Source: an uncultured Alphaproteobacteria bacterium (GTDB taxonomy: Bacteria > Pseudomonadota > Alphaproteobacteria > Rhizobiales > Rhizobiaceae). Taken from it: DNA of 64,000 bases. Shown here piece by piece: positions 9,941 to 21,112 of this stretch (position 1 is its first letter; the number at the start of each line of letters is the position of its first letter). Position numbers and translations under genes: made by a program. Location: NCBI GenBank assembly GCA_963838565.1, contig CAWIRO010000006.1:6595-70594 (forward strand). Reading direction: 5' to 3'. The notes under the pieces are model-generated. The model saw nothing but the letters and a program-made list of their open reading frames with translations. It was not told the DNA's origin and ran no database searches.

Positions 9941-11553
9941 CTATGTAATGTGGCTTGCGCCAGGTATGGCCGACAGCAATTCTCGCGTGTAATCGTGCTG
10001 CGGGTTGCGCAGCAGCTCCGCCGTTGCATTAATTTCCACGATCTCTCCGCGTCGCATAACCGCTATACGGTCACAGACCTGCCCTGCCACATGAAGATCA
10101 TGGGTGATAAAGAGCATGGCAACGTTCAGTTTGCCTTTCAGCTCTTCCAGAAGTTGGAGCACCTGGGCCTGAATGGTCACGTCAAGCGCCGAAACCGACT
10201 CGTCGGCAATAAGCACATCCGGCTTCAGGGCGAGCGCCCGCGCGAGGCCGATGCGCTGTCGTTGACCGCCGGAGAATTCGTGGGGAAGCCTTTCCACCGC
10301 ACGGCGATCAAGGCCGACGAGTTCCAGAAGCTCTGCCGCCTCCGCGACAGCCTCATCGTAGCTTGCACCATGGGCAAGCGGGCCGTCGGCGATGCTGAGG
10401 CCGACCTTGCGGCGCGGGTTGAGAGAGGCGAAGGGATCCTGAAAAACCATCTGGATACGTTTGCGCGCCTGGCGCAGCTGGGAGCCGCCAAGCTTGGTAA
10501 AATCGTCGCCTCCGAGCGTCACAATGCCGCTGTCAGGTTCGATCAGCCGTGTCACGAGCCGCGCCACTGTCGACTTGCCGGAGCCGGATTCGCCTATGAG
10601 GCCCAAGGTTTCGCCGCGCCGGATCGCGAAAGTCACATCCTTGACGGCTTGGGTGCGGCGCTTCGGCTGGAAAAGGCCCCCGCCGGAAACATAGGTTTTG
10701 CAGAGGCGCTCGGCCGCAAATGCTATGGGCTGCGCTTCCAGTGAGGCGCGGACCGGCGGAACGGATGAGGGCACCGCGGCAAGCAAGGCTTTCGTGTAAT
10801 CATGCGTCGGACGCGTGAGCACCGCCTCAGCCGTTCCCTGCTCGATAACGGAGCCCTTCTGAAGGACAAGCACCCTGTCGGCAATGTCCTGAACCACGCC
10901 GAAGTCGTGGGTGATAAAGATCACCGACATGCCCCGGCGCTGCTGGATCTCGCGAATGAGGCGCAATATCTGCGCCTGCGTCGTCACGTCGAGAGCCGTC
11001 GTCGGCTCGTCGGCGATCAGAAGTACCGGTTCCAGTGCGAGCGCCATGGCAATCATCGCGCGCTGGCGCTGGCCGCCGGAGAGCTGATGCGGAAACGAAC
11101 GGACGATCTGCTCCGGGTTCGGCAAGCCGACTTCCCGTGCGAGCGCCACAGCTTTGGCCTTGCGCTCCTCTCTCGTCAGCAGGTCATGTGCCTCGAAGAC
11201 TTCTGCAATCTGTTCGCCGATCCGCATTGAGGGATTGAGGGCGGTCATCGGCTCCTGAAAGATCATGGAAACACGCTTGCCGCGCAGATCGCGAAGGCGT
11301 GCCGGCGAAGCGCGTCGTAAGCTCGGCACCATCGAAGTGGATTTTGCCCGCGCTCGACCCGGATGACGTCGGGCAGAAGCCCCATGATGGTCTGGGCACA
11401 CAGCGATTTTCCGGAACCACTCTCGCCGACGATGCAGAGGATTTCCTTCGGCTGCAAGTCGAAGGTCAGACCCTGCAAGGCATATTTCCGGTCGGCTCCG
11501 TCGGGTAGCGCGAGGGTCAGGTCTTCAACGGAAATGATGCTGGAAGCTGTCAT
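9941..11553 (-). CDS. Fused double-domain peptide/nickel ABC ATPase; frameshift near 11360
   Basis: Two Walker A motifs (GESGSGKS), [16 protein letters not shown] signatures, [10 protein letters not shown]-terminus [12 protein letters not shown] lies in a different frame. Confidence 0.88.
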
Positions 11554-11563
11554 CGGATGCCTC

Positions 11564-13153
11564 TCAATAGCCGAGCGCAACGCCATCCTTGCGGTGATCG
11601 GATGCGCCGAGCAGAACGCCGCGTTCGTGGTCGATATAGATGGCCTGCGCACCGCCGAGCGGTTCGTCTGCCCATGCCGTTACATGGCCGCGCCGTTCGA
11701 GATCGGCGCGCACCTCTGCCGAAATTGTCGGCTCGAGGCTGAGCTTTCCATCGAAGCAGAAGCTACGCGGCTGGTCGCTCGCCTGCTGTGGATCGAGATC
11801 GCGATCAAGGATCTGGCTGAGCATATGGACGTGGCCGGTTGCCTGATACTGACCGCCCATGACGCCGAAGGTCATCCGCGTCTTGCCGCCCTGTGCGAGG
11901 ATGGCGGGGATAATCGTATGGAACGGCAGCTTGCCCGGACCGATCGCATTCGGATGGCCCTGCTTCACGGTAAAGCCCGCGCCGCGGTTCTGCAGCAGCA
12001 CACCGGCATTCGGCGCATAGATGCCGCTGCCGAAGGCGAAAAAGACGGAGTTGATCAACGAGATCGCGTTGCCGTCGCGGTCGACCACGGTCACGAAGAC
12101 CGTGTCCTTATGTTCCGGCCCATCCCAGGCAGATGCCGGCAGCGCCTTTTCAAGCGAGATCCTGCTCCGCATCGCATCAATTGACTTGTCGCCCAGCAGC
12201 TCGTCGATATCGAAGGTGATGTGTTTCGGATCGGCGATCAGTTCGTTGCGCTTGGCGTAGGCCGCTTTTGTCGCCTCGGCGAGCAGGTGGATGCGATCCG
12301 CCTCCGAAAGCTTGGGGTCGCGCAAGTCGAAGCCGTCCAGAATCCGGGCAATCAGCAGCGCTGCGAGCCCCTGTCCGTTCGGCGGGCATTCAAGAAGGTC
12401 GTTGCCGCGATACTTTGCCGAGATCGGCATGGTTTCAAAGCATTTGTAGTCCGCGAAGTCGCTTTCCTCGTGCAATCCCCCGAGCTGCCGGAGGGTCTCG
12501 ACGATCTCACCCGCAACATCACCGCGGTAGAACGCGTCGCGTCCGTCTTTCGCAAGCTTGCGCAGCGTCGCCGCAAGCGCCGGGTTGACCATGGTTTCGC
12601 CGGTTCGCGGCGCGCGGCCGTTGGGAAGGAAATAGGACGCGGAGGCCGGATGTTTTTCCAATCTGCTCGCATAGCGGACCCAGTCGAGTTCGACGCGGGG
12701 TGTTATGCAGTAGCCGCCTTCTGCCGCGGAGATCGCGGGCGCCAGAACGCGTTCAAGCCCAATCGATCCGTAACGTGATGTCAACGTGCACCAGGCATCG
12801 GCGGCGCCGGGAACCGTAACGGCATGTGCGCTGTCATCCGGAATAGAGGTAAAGCCGTTCTCGAGATAAAAGTCGAGCGTTGCTTTCTGGGGAGCGCGAC
12901 CCGAACCGTTGAGCGCTATCGGCGTGCCGCCGGCCGGTGAGTAGAGCGCAAAACAATCGCCGCCGATACCGGTCATATGCGGATCGATGACGGATTGCAG
13001 CGCGACGGCTGCAACGGCAGCATCGACGGCGTTTCCGCCTGCACGCAGGATGTCAACGGCTGCAAGCGTCGCCTGCGGATGGGAAGTCGCTGCCATGCCC
13101 TTGTCGGAAATGGCGACTGAACGGCCGGGCCTGAAGAAATCACGTTGCTGCAT
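11564..13153 (-). CDS. Gamma-glutamyltransferase-family (Ntn) hydrolase, apparently cytoplasmic
   Basis: GGNAVDAAVA, GIGGDCF, TVPGA, autoprocessing site HKD-T-VFVTVVDRDGN, GVMGGQYQ; no signal peptide visible. Confidence 0.9.
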   Translation of the reverse strand: MQQRDFFRPGRSVAISDKGMAATSHPQATLAAVDILRAGGNAVDAAVAAVALQSVIDPHMTGIGGDCFALYSPAGGTPIALNGSGRAPQKATLDFYLENGFTSIPDDSAHAVTVPGAADAWCTLTSRYGSIGLERVLAPAISAAEGGYCITPRVELDWVRYASRLEKHPASASYFLPNGRAPRTGETMVNPALAATLRKLAKDGRDAFYRGDVAGEIVETLRQLGGLHEESDFADYKCFETMPISAKYRGNDLLECPPNGQGLAALLIARILDGFDLRDPKLSEADRIHLLAEATKAAYAKRNELIADPKHITFDIDELLGDKSIDAMRSRISLEKALPASAWDGPEHKDTVFVTVVDRDGNAISLINSVFFAFGSGIYAPNAGVLLQNRGAGFTVKQGHPNAIGPGKLPFHTIIPAILAQGGKTRMTFGVMGGQYQATGHVHMLSQILDRDLDPQQASDQPRSFCFDGKLSLEPTISAEVRADLERRGHVTAWADEPLGGAQAIYIDHERGVLLGASDHRKDGVALGY

Positions 13154-13193
13154 AAACTGTCACCTTATCCTGGGCGCCTGACTGCCGCACCCT

Positions 13194-14396
13194 TTATGCC
13201 GTCTTTTCCAGCGCAGCCGCCGCAAAGTCGCCGCGTCCGGGAATTTCGAAGAGAGTCTCGCGGAACCGGTCAAGCGCGATGCCGACCGCACCCAGCAGGC
13301 CCGCCTGGCTGCCAAGCGTACTGACGGTACATGCAGGCGGCGTCGGGATGCACCGCGCAAGATGGAAGTTCACGCGTTCGACCAATTCGTTGCGCGCTCC
13401 GACACTTCCGCCAAAGATGACGGTCTCCGGGTCGACGACGCCGCAGATCGCCACGAGCGCCATCGCAAGAACGCGCGCAACTTCGTCAATGACAACGCCG
13501 ACGAGCGGATCGTCGTTTCGCTCGAACAGTTCCCTGACCGTGAGGCCCGGTGTCCCGCCCATCCCCTCGTACCGGCCTCTTATCGCGGCACTGCCAATTG
13601 CCGATTCGAGCGCCCCGGAAGCAAAGGTACGGGGATCGAAGGGGTCAGCGCCGATCGGTAGGATCGCGATTTCACCGGCGCCACCGCGAGCGCCACGAAC
13701 CAGGCGCCCCTCCGTGACTATTCCCATGCCGATACCGGTGCCGAGCGCCACGAAGACGAAATTGTCGATATCTCGGCCGTTGCCTTTCCACTGCTCGCCG
13801 CGCGCCGCGACGTTGACATCGTTTTCGAGGAAAACGTCGTAGCCCAGCCTCTCCGTCAGAAGCTCTTCGAAATCGAGTTCGGTGAGGCCGGCGATGTTCG
13901 GCACCATCGTGAGCTGCCGCGACCGCGGATGGACCGCGCCGGGAATGCCGATCGCGCCTGCCTTGATGCGGTCAGTGGAAATGCCGATCCTCTCCGCCAG
14001 CATGGAATTGATGCGAACGACCTGGTCGAGAACATGTTCCCCGCCGCGCGCATCGGTAAATTCCACCGTTTCCTCGACCACCGCGCCATTGAGATCGGCA
14101 AGCGCCGCATGGAGCTTGGTTCCTCCGATATCGGCGCCGAAAACGAAGGCCTTGTGCGGCTCGATTTCATAGGTAACAGCGCTGCGCCCGATCATTCCCT
14201 GGGTGCGGCCGGTCACGCGAAGCCAGCCGTCATCCTCCAGATCGCGGACAATTTCCGACATGCTCTGTTTCGACAGACCCGTCAGGCGAGCCAGTTCGGC
14301 CCGGGAGACGGGCGCATGCTCGAAGATAGACCGCAGAACGGCACGTGATGTAATCTGTCGCGTTAAAGGCGCGGTTGTCGAAATATCTGTCATCAT
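13194..14396 (-). CDS. ROK-family transcriptional repressor
   Basis: N-terminal HTH (SRAELARLTGLSK), DIGGT, LENDVN, GTGIGMG, GGAGEI. Confidence 0.9.
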   Translation of the reverse strand: MMTDISTTAPLTRQITSRAVLRSIFEHAPVSRAELARLTGLSKQSMSEIVRDLEDDGWLRVTGRTQGMIGRSAVTYEIEPHKAFVFGADIGGTKLHAALADLNGAVVEETVEFTDARGGEHVLDQVVRINSMLAERIGISTDRIKAGAIGIPGAVHPRSRQLTMVPNIAGLTELDFEELLTERLGYDVFLENDVNVAARGEQWKGNGRDIDNFVFVALGTGIGMGIVTEGRLVRGARGGAGEIAILPIGADPFDPRTFASGALESAIGSAAIRGRYEGMGGTPGLTVRELFERNDDPLVGVVIDEVARVLAMALVAICGVVDPETVIFGGSVGARNELVERVNFHLARCIPTPPACTVSTLGSQAGLLGAVGIALDRFRETLFEIPGRGDFAAAALEKTA

Positions 14397-14404
14397 TCAT
14401 CGCA

Positions 14405-14530
14405 TTGGTCAGGTTTGAGAACAAACTATCCAGATAGTCGTCGTCGTCAAGTCAATTATCCGCAAAATGTCGGCAATTATTTCAATGCTCGAAAAAATTA
14501 TTCGATCACTTAGTCAGGACGCTTTACAAT
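14405..14530. promoter_or_regulatory. Two putative ROK operators in the divergent promoter
   Basis: TTGGTCAGGTTTGAGAACAAA (14405-14425) and TTAGTCAGGACGCTTTACAAT (14510-14530) share TTRGTCAGG-N7-ACAA, resembling the TTAGT-N11-ACTAA ROK/XylR pattern. Confidence 0.5.
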
Positions 14531-14624
14531 GGCGACGATACATGCATCAATGGTCTTTGTATAAAAACTGGGCAGACGGAGTGCTCCTGCGCGGGATCGC
14601 TCTTACCTTGCAAGGAGAAAACGT

Positions 14625-16134
14625 ATGGGAACTTCCACTAAGATGCTGATGGCCGCCGTTGCGCTGACGATGGCGTTCGGCTCCGCAAATGCCGCAAGCC
14701 TGAGAATTGCTCTTCAAGACGATCCGGATGCACTCGATCCGGCCACCGGCGGCACCTATACCGGCCGCATCGTCTTCGCCGCACTGTGCGACAAGCTGGT
14801 CGATATCAATGCCAACCTGGACATCGTTCCGCAGCTTGCGACGGAATGGAAACTGAACGACACGGGCACTGAAGTGACCTTCACGCTTCGCAGTGGCGTC
14901 ACCTTCCAGGACGGCACCCCCTTTGATGCCGAAGCCGTGAAGTTCAACATCGAACGCATGAAGACGCTGAAGGATTCCAAGCGCAAGGCCGAACTCGCTC
15001 CGGTCGATTCCGTTGAGGTCATCGACCCGACGCACGTGAAGCTCACAGCTGAAGCAGCCGTTTGCGCCGTTGCTCTCCGTGTTGACGGACCGCGCCGGCA
15101 TGATGGTTTCGCCGACCGCGGCGAAAAAAGATAGCGAATTTGCCGCCCATCCGGTTTGCGCCGGCCCCTATACGTTCAAGGAACGCAAGGCACGCGACAC
15201 GATCACTCTGGAGAAGTATCCTGGATACTGGAATGCCGGCGAAATCGGTTACGACGAAGTCCAGTACCAAATCATCCCGGATTCCACTGTTCGCCTCTCC
15301 CGCCTTCAGGCCGGCGATCTCGAAGTTGCCGAGCGCATCGCGCCGACCGACCTTGCCGCCGTCCGGTCCGATAGCAAGCTCGCACTGCATAGCGCTCCGG
15401 GTCTGGCCGTCTCGCATCTGATGATCAATGTCGGCAGCGACGAGAAGGGCAAGACGCCGCTCGGCCAGGATGCGCGCCTTCGCCAGGCGCTTGAGCTCTC
15501 CCTCGACCGCAACGTCATCAATCAGGTTGCCTTCAATGGCGAGTTCATCCCGGACAATCAGATGCTGCCGCCGTCCAGCGTCTTCTACAGCAAGTCGCAC
15601 CCCGTTCCTGCGCGCGATATCGACAAGGCCAAGGCCCTCATCGCCGAAGTCGGCGGCGAAGCCCCGAAGCTTCAGATCACCTACGAAAACTCGCTGACGG
15701 ACGGTCGTGTCGCCCAGGTCATTCAGTCGCTCGCAGGCGAAGCGGGATTTCAGGTGGAATTGCTGCCGCTTGAGACCACCTCCGCCGTTGAGCGTTACCT
15801 AGCCGGCAACTTCCAGGCCTATATCGGCAACTGGAGCGGCCGCGCCGATCCTGATCCGACGCTTTATTCCTTCTTCGGATCCGACGGTAGCCAGAACGTC
15901 AACCACTACAAGAATCCGCAGATGGATGAGACGCTGCTTGCCGCCCGGAAGGAAATCGACGAGACCAAGCGCAAGGCGCTCTATGAGAAGGCAGCCGGCA
16001 TATACCTGACCGACCTGCCGACCATTCCGCTCTACCATCCGAACTGGTTCTACGCTGCGCGTGCGGACGTCGCCGGTATCACTATGTATCCTGACGGCAT
16101 TCTGCGCTTCACCGGCGTAAAGCCTGCCAAGTGA
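14625..16134 (+). CDS. Family-5 (Dpp/Opp) ABC substrate-binding protein; frameshift near 15045
   Basis: Signal peptide, LDPA, LATEW, TFQDGTPFDAEAVKFNIER; continues in the ORF at 15070 (CAGPY, PGYW, LRQAL). Confidence 0.88.
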
Positions 16135-16151
16135 TCTCGAGGTCGAGGACA

Positions 16152-16177
16152 ATGGTCAGCGCTTCGGCGCTGACCAT
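16152..16177 (+). terminator. Perfect 11-bp C(UUCG)G hairpin after the SBP gene
   Basis: ATGGTCAGCGC-TTCG-GCGCTGACCAT; likely an mRNA-stabilising or attenuating stem. Confidence 0.65.
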
Positions 16178-16193
16178 CGAAAAGAGGACGACC

Positions 16194-17135
16194 ATGCTTC
16201 TCTATATATTGCGGCGCCTTGCAATCGCCATTCCGACGCTGTTTCTCGTGTCGGTCATGGTATTCGGGCTGCTCAAACTACTGCCCGGCGATCCGGTGAT
16301 CGCGCTTGCCGGCGAAGAGCGCGATCCGGCCGTGATCGAATTCCTACGCCAGAAATACAGCCTCGATCAGCCGATCTACGTTCAGTATGGCAAATGGCTG
16401 GGCGGTGTCGTTCAAGGTGATTTCGGCCTTTCAGTCCGGACCCGTCTGCCGATCGGCGAGATGATCGTGGAGAGGCTTCCCGTCACCATCCAGCTTTCGG
16501 TCATGGCGATCATCATTGCCATCGCCATCGGCATACCGGCAGGCATCATCGCCGCGTTGAAGCGCGGCACGCCGGTCGATTACGGCGTCAGCATACTTGG
16601 CTTGACCGGCCTTTCAGTGCCGAGCTTCTGGTTTGGCATCATGCTGATCCTCGTTTTCGCGGTTCGTCTCGGCTGGCTCCCCTCCGGCGGCTATGTCGGG
16701 TTCTTTCAGTCCCCCTGGGAAAACCTTCGCTACACCCTGTTGCCGAGCCTCGTGCTGGGGACGGCTGCCGCCGCCATTGTCATGCGCCATACAAGAAGCT
16801 CCATGCTCCTCGTTCTGAAGCAGGACTATGTGCGCACGGCGCGCGCGAAAGGACTGAAGGAGCGGATCGTTGTGGTTCGCCATGTTCTTCGAAACGGCCT
16901 CATTCCCGTCGTGACAGTAAGCACGCTTCACTTCGGCGAACTTCTCTCCGGCGCGGTTCTCACGGAGCAGGTTTTCGGCATTCCCGGCTTTGGAAAGATG
17001 GTCGTCGACGGCGTCTTCGGTCGCGACTACGCGGTCGTACAGGCCGTGGTCCTTTGCTCGGCGGCAATGTTTCTGTTCATGAACCTGGTTGCCGATGTCG
17101 CCTATGTCATTCTCAGCCCGAGGTTACGCGGATGA
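16194..17135 (+). CDS. Peptide ABC permease (DppB-like)
   Basis: LPGDP, DFGLS, EAA loop DYVRTARAKGL, FGIPGFG, RDY. Confidence 0.9.
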   Translation: MLLYILRRLAIAIPTLFLVSVMVFGLLKLLPGDPVIALAGEERDPAVIEFLRQKYSLDQPIYVQYGKWLGGVVQGDFGLSVRTRLPIGEMIVERLPVTIQLSVMAIIIAIAIGIPAGIIAALKRGTPVDYGVSILGLTGLSVPSFWFGIMLILVFAVRLGWLPSGGYVGFFQSPWENLRYTLLPSLVLGTAAAAIVMRHTRSSMLLVLKQDYVRTARAKGLKERIVVVRHVLRNGLIPVVTVSTLHFGELLSGAVLTEQVFGIPGFGKMVVDGVFGRDYAVVQAVVLCSAAMFLFMNLVADVAYVILSPRLRG

Positions 17136-18007
17136 GCTCCACGGATACAACGCTTGCCATTCCTGCCGCACCCGCCAACCGCAAATCGACTTTGGCCCGA
17201 TGCCTCAGCCATCCGGGCACGATCATCGGCGGCTCCATCATCCTGTTCTTCATCGCGGTTGCCATACTGGCGCCGTGGATATCACCTTATGAGCCGAATA
17301 CGTCGAACTGGCTTGCTGTGCGCCAGGCGCCGTCGGCACTTCACTGGTTCGGAACCGACGATCTGGGGCGTGACATTCTTTCGCGCGTGATATTCGGAGC
17401 CAGGGCGTCGCTTCTCGTCGGCATCGTCTCGGTGGCGATCGCGATTGCGATCGGCGTGCCGCTTGGCCTGATCGCGGGTTACTTCGGCGGCATCATCGAC
17501 GTCGCGATTTCGCGATGCACGGATGCGCTTCTGGCTTGCCCCTTTCTCGTTCTCGCGATCGCCTTTGCGGCGTTCCTTGGTGCGAGCCTGCAGAATGCGA
17601 TGATCGCGATCGGCATATCGGCAATGCCCATCTTCGTGCGGCTGACACGCGGGCAGGTGATGTCGGTCAAGAACGAGGACTATATTGCCGCCGCCCGTCT
17701 GCTCGGCGTCTCCAACCTGAAGATCATGGCAGTCTATGTGATGCCGAACGTTTTGGCGCCGATCGTCGTGCAGGTCACCATTACCATGGCGACGGCGGTG
17801 TTGGCCGAAGCGAGCCTTGCGTTCCTGGGCCTTGGCCAGCGGCCGCCAGATCCGTCCTGGGGAACGATGCTTGATGTCGCGCGGCAGTTTCTGACGCAGG
17901 CTCCCTGGATGCCGATCTGGCCGGGCGTTGCCATCATCGCGCTGGTGATGGGCTTCAACCTGTTGGGTGACGGTTTGAACGACGCACTTGATCCTAGGGA
18001 ACATTGA
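17132..18007 (+). CDS. Peptide ABC permease (DppC-like)
   Basis: HWFGTDDLGRDILSRVIFGAR, EASLAFLGLG, PSWG, FNLLGDGL. Confidence 0.9.
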   Translation: MSSTDTTLAIPAAPANRKSTLARCLSHPGTIIGGSIILFFIAVAILAPWISPYEPNTSNWLAVRQAPSALHWFGTDDLGRDILSRVIFGARASLLVGIVSVAIAIAIGVPLGLIAGYFGGIIDVAISRCTDALLACPFLVLAIAFAAFLGASLQNAMIAIGISAMPIFVRLTRGQVMSVKNEDYIAAARLLGVSNLKIMAVYVMPNVLAPIVVQVTITMATAVLAEASLAFLGLGQRPPDPSWGTMLDVARQFLTQAPWMPIWPGVAIIALVMGFNLLGDGLNDALDPREH

Positions 18008-18035
18008 AGGGCTTGATTTCAATCAAGGAGGAAGC

Positions 18036-19280
18036 ATGACGGACTTGCCGAAGGAGAAACTGCGCATCGGTTTTGTCGGAAGCGGATTCATCGCAGAATT
18101 TCATCTGAAATCGCTGATCGGTGTCCGCAACTGCGAGGTAACGGGGGTGTTCAGCCGGAAGGCCGAAAACCGCGACCGCTTCGCGCGGCATGTGGGGGAG
18201 GCGGGCCTGGGTGTCTGCCGCGCACATGAAAGCCTCGAGGCCTTGTTCCAGGCGGATGATATCGACGCGATCTGGATTGTCTCGCCGAACTACACCCGGC
18301 TCGATATCATGCAGACGCTGCATGACGAAGTCATCGCCGGTCGCAGCAGGATCTTCGCTGTCGCCTGCGAAAAGCCGCTTGCCCGCACCGTGGCGGAAGC
18401 ACGCAAGATGCTGGAGCTTGCGGAGGGTGCAAAGCTCAATCACGGCTATCTCGAAAATCAGGTCTTCTGCACGCCGGTCCTGCGTGGCAAGGAGATCATC
18501 TGGCGCCGCGCTGCTTCGACGACGGGGCGGCCTTATCTCGCACGGGCGACCGAGGAACATTCGGGCCCGCACGAACCGTGGTTCTGGCAGGGCAATCTAC
18601 AGGGTGGTGGCGTGCTCTCGGATATGATGTGCCATAGCGTCGAAGTTGCGCGCCACATGCTGACGGCGCCTGACAAACCTCGCAATTCGTTGAAGGTAAA
18701 ATCGGTCAATGGAACGGTTGCGACATTGAAGTGGACGCGGCCGTCCTACGTCGAGCAGCTGAAAAGCCGCTTTGGAGCAGAGGTCGACTATCGCAATCGT
18801 CCCTCCGAGGACTTTGCGCGCGGAACGATTCTGCTCGAAGACGATGAAGGCAACGAACTCATTATCGAGGCAACGACTTCGTGGGCCTATGTCGGAGCGG
18901 GTCTCAGGATCCAACTCGAACTTTTGGGGCCGGAATATGCGCTTGAATTCAACTCCCTGAATACGGGATTGAAGATATTCATGTCGCGGGAAGTCCGTGG
19001 CAAGGAAGGCGAGGATCTGGTTGAAAAGCAGAATGCCGAGCAGGGTCTGATGCCGGTCCTCGAAGATGAACCGGGCATCTATGGCTATACAGACGAAAAC
19101 CGTCACATGGTCGAGTGTTTTCGCAAAGGACAGACACCCTTGGAGACGTTCGAGGATGGTGTTGCCGTTGTCGAAATCCTGATGGGGCTTTATCTCTCTG
19201 CAGAGCGCGGGGAAACGGTACGCTTTCCCGCGGTCGAGCTTGAAGATTACGTTCCAGCAGTCGCCCGGGTGCCTGGCTGA
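18036..19280 (+). CDS. Gfo/Idh/MocA-family NAD(P)-dependent oxidoreductase
   Basis: GSGFIA Rossmann motif, CEKPL, GGGVLSDMMCH. Confidence 0.88.
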   Translation: MTDLPKEKLRIGFVGSGFIAEFHLKSLIGVRNCEVTGVFSRKAENRDRFARHVGEAGLGVCRAHESLEALFQADDIDAIWIVSPNYTRLDIMQTLHDEVIAGRSRIFAVACEKPLARTVAEARKMLELAEGAKLNHGYLENQVFCTPVLRGKEIIWRRAASTTGRPYLARATEEHSGPHEPWFWQGNLQGGGVLSDMMCHSVEVARHMLTAPDKPRNSLKVKSVNGTVATLKWTRPSYVEQLKSRFGAEVDYRNRPSEDFARGTILLEDDEGNELIIEATTSWAYVGAGLRIQLELLGPEYALEFNSLNTGLKIFMSREVRGKEGEDLVEKQNAEQGLMPVLEDEPGIYGYTDENRHMVECFRKGQTPLETFEDGVAVVEILMGLYLSAERGETVRFPAVELEDYVPAVARVPG

Positions 19281-19421
19281 ACCTTTCGTGAAACGAGAGC
19301 CTCCGGGTACAAACCCGGAGGTCCAATCGCGGCATGAGCCGCCGTTTACTGCAAGTCCATAAGTCCCGACGACGGAACGAACATTCCCCAGCAGCAGATT
19401 GCGAGGCGTTGCAGCAATTCT

Positions 19422-19610
19422 GGCTCTGTTGCAAAATTTGAGGTAGCCGCGAGGCCGGGCGATTTCTGCGTATGCTCAGAAGGCGGCGGCCAGGTTTTCG
19501 AGCTGTTCGGCGGTTGACAGGCGGGTATGAGCATCCTGCAGCTGGCGCTTGCGCAGCATGTGGATCATCTCGATGCCGGACAATGTCGCCGCTGCGGATC
19601 TGAAAGGACT
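19422..19610 (-). mobile_element. IS6-family remnant (one terminal IR + transposase C-terminus)
   Basis: GGCTCTGTTGCAAA (19422-19435) is the IS6/IS6100-type terminal repeat; minus-strand FRSAAATLSGIEMIHMLRKRQ is the IS6 transposase C-terminal signature. Confidence 0.75.
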
Positions 19611-20035
19611 TGACCTACCGGGATTGGGGTGTCGGGAGCACGCATGGCGGGCAGGCCGAAGTATCTGGTGAGCAGAACGAACCCCGCGGGTCCGGCAGTC
19701 CGGCGACAAGCCCGCCTACCACGGCCGCATCACCAAACAAGGCCGAACCCACGCGCGATCGATGCTGGTCGAGGCGGCATGGGTCATTTCTGGCGTGCCC
19801 GGCCCGCTGCGCGCTTTCTTCATGCGCATCCGCGACAAGCACGGCAAGCATGTCGCCGCAGTCGCAACGGCACGCAAACTCGCGGTCATCGTCTGGCACA
19901 TGCTGATGAAGGAAGACGACTATACCCGGAGTCGTCCGGCGCTGCTCCAGTGGAAACTGCGGCATCTGGAACTGACGGCAGGTCATCCTTCTCACCGCGG
20001 CGGCAAGCAGAAGGGGTCGGCTGCAGCCTACAGTG
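19611..20035 (+). mobile_element. IS110-family transposase C-terminal fragment
   Basis: NPRVRQSGDKPAYHGRITKQGRTHARSMLVEAAW..AAVATARKLAVIVWHML; the N-terminal DEDD domain is absent. Confidence 0.75.
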
Positions 20036-20845
20036 ATCCGCCGGCCCGCCGATGCGGTGTTGGAAGCCATCGACATTGCCAAGGTCCGCAATGAAGTCCT
20101 GATCGAGGCGCCTGGCGACAAACGTCGTCGCCGGCTTTTGGTCATGAACACCCGCGTGGAGCATGATCGCTTGATCGAGGTTTTGCAGGCCTACGGACGG
20201 CCGGTTGTCTGCGCCTTCGAAGCAACAGGGAACTATCACCGGCCAATCGCCTGGCGTCTGGCCGAGGCCGGTTTCGAGGTCCGGCTGGTGGCGTCCCTTG
20301 CTCTCGCCCGCACACGAGAGGCGTTGCACAACAGTTGGGACAAGAACGATCCCAAGGATGCGCAGGAGCTGTCGAAGACGCATGCGGCGGTCGCCAAGGC
20401 CAAGACCGCGATCCAGCACCGGATCCTCACGCACTATCTGCCGCTGTATTTTCCCGAAGTCGAACGCTTCAAGGGCAACAGCCGCAGCGACTGGTTCTTC
20501 GCTTTCCTCGATGCGTTTCCGATACCCGCAAGCATTCTAACGCTGACGAAAGAGGAATTCATCGCGGCGGCATGGGACGTGGTCGGCCGCAAGGTCAGCA
20601 AGTCGCAGATTTTGATGGATATTTACGAGACGGCCCGCACGTCGATTGGATTGCCTTTGCCGATTGATGCCCCCGCCATTCGCATGTTACGGATGGTCAT
20701 TGCCGAAGCGCGCGGCCTGATCCGGCAGCGCAACGAGATCGAAACACAGGCCGATGAACTGCTATGCGACAGCCGGGACTATCAGCTCCTGCGCCAGATA
20801 CCCGGTATCGGACCGATCAATGCGCTGACGATTATTGCCGAGGCC
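20033..20845 (+). mobile_element. Second, different IS110-family transposase: N-terminal part, apparently internally deleted and truncated
   Basis: IDIAK, FEATGNYH, DKNDPKDA (DEDD residues), LLRQIPGIGPINALTIIAEA, then an abrupt end before the SG motif. Confidence 0.78.
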
Positions 20846-20847
20846 GC

Positions 20848-20888
20848 TGCCGATCTCAAGCGCTTCCTTCAAGATTTCGCCTTCCAGA
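20848..20888 (-). mobile_element. Tiny IS3-family orfA-like fragment
   Basis: Minus strand reads LEGEILKEALEIG, resembling the coiled-coil end of IS3-family OrfA. Confidence 0.35.
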
Positions 20889-21077
20889 CTTCGGCATTGT
20901 GGCCATCACTGGTCATGAGGGGCGGCTGGCCTGTTGGCTGAATCTCAGTAAGTCACATTCACACGGCGAGGTCTTGCAGCTCGGCGCAGTTCCCGAATTC
21001 GGGTTAACCACCCTTTTCCATTTGGAGGATCGGTGAGTGGCAAAGCGTCGCACCGGCCGCGTGGCTGCGTCATGGCC

Positions 21078-21106
21078 CTTGTGTTTGTTGCGCCGCAGCA
21101 TTAACT
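21078..21106 (+). promoter_or_regulatory. Putative sigma70 promoter of the sRNA
   Basis: CTTGTG-N17-TTAACT (alphaproteobacterial consensus CTTGAC-N17-CTATAT), ending ~7-10 nt before the first hairpin. Confidence 0.5.
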
Positions 21107-21112
21107 CCAATC

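Noticed and set aside
19611-20941. Active IS110 bridge-recombinase system
   Set aside because: Both transposases are partial and in the wrong order, and no non-coding ends that could hold a bridge RNA remain.
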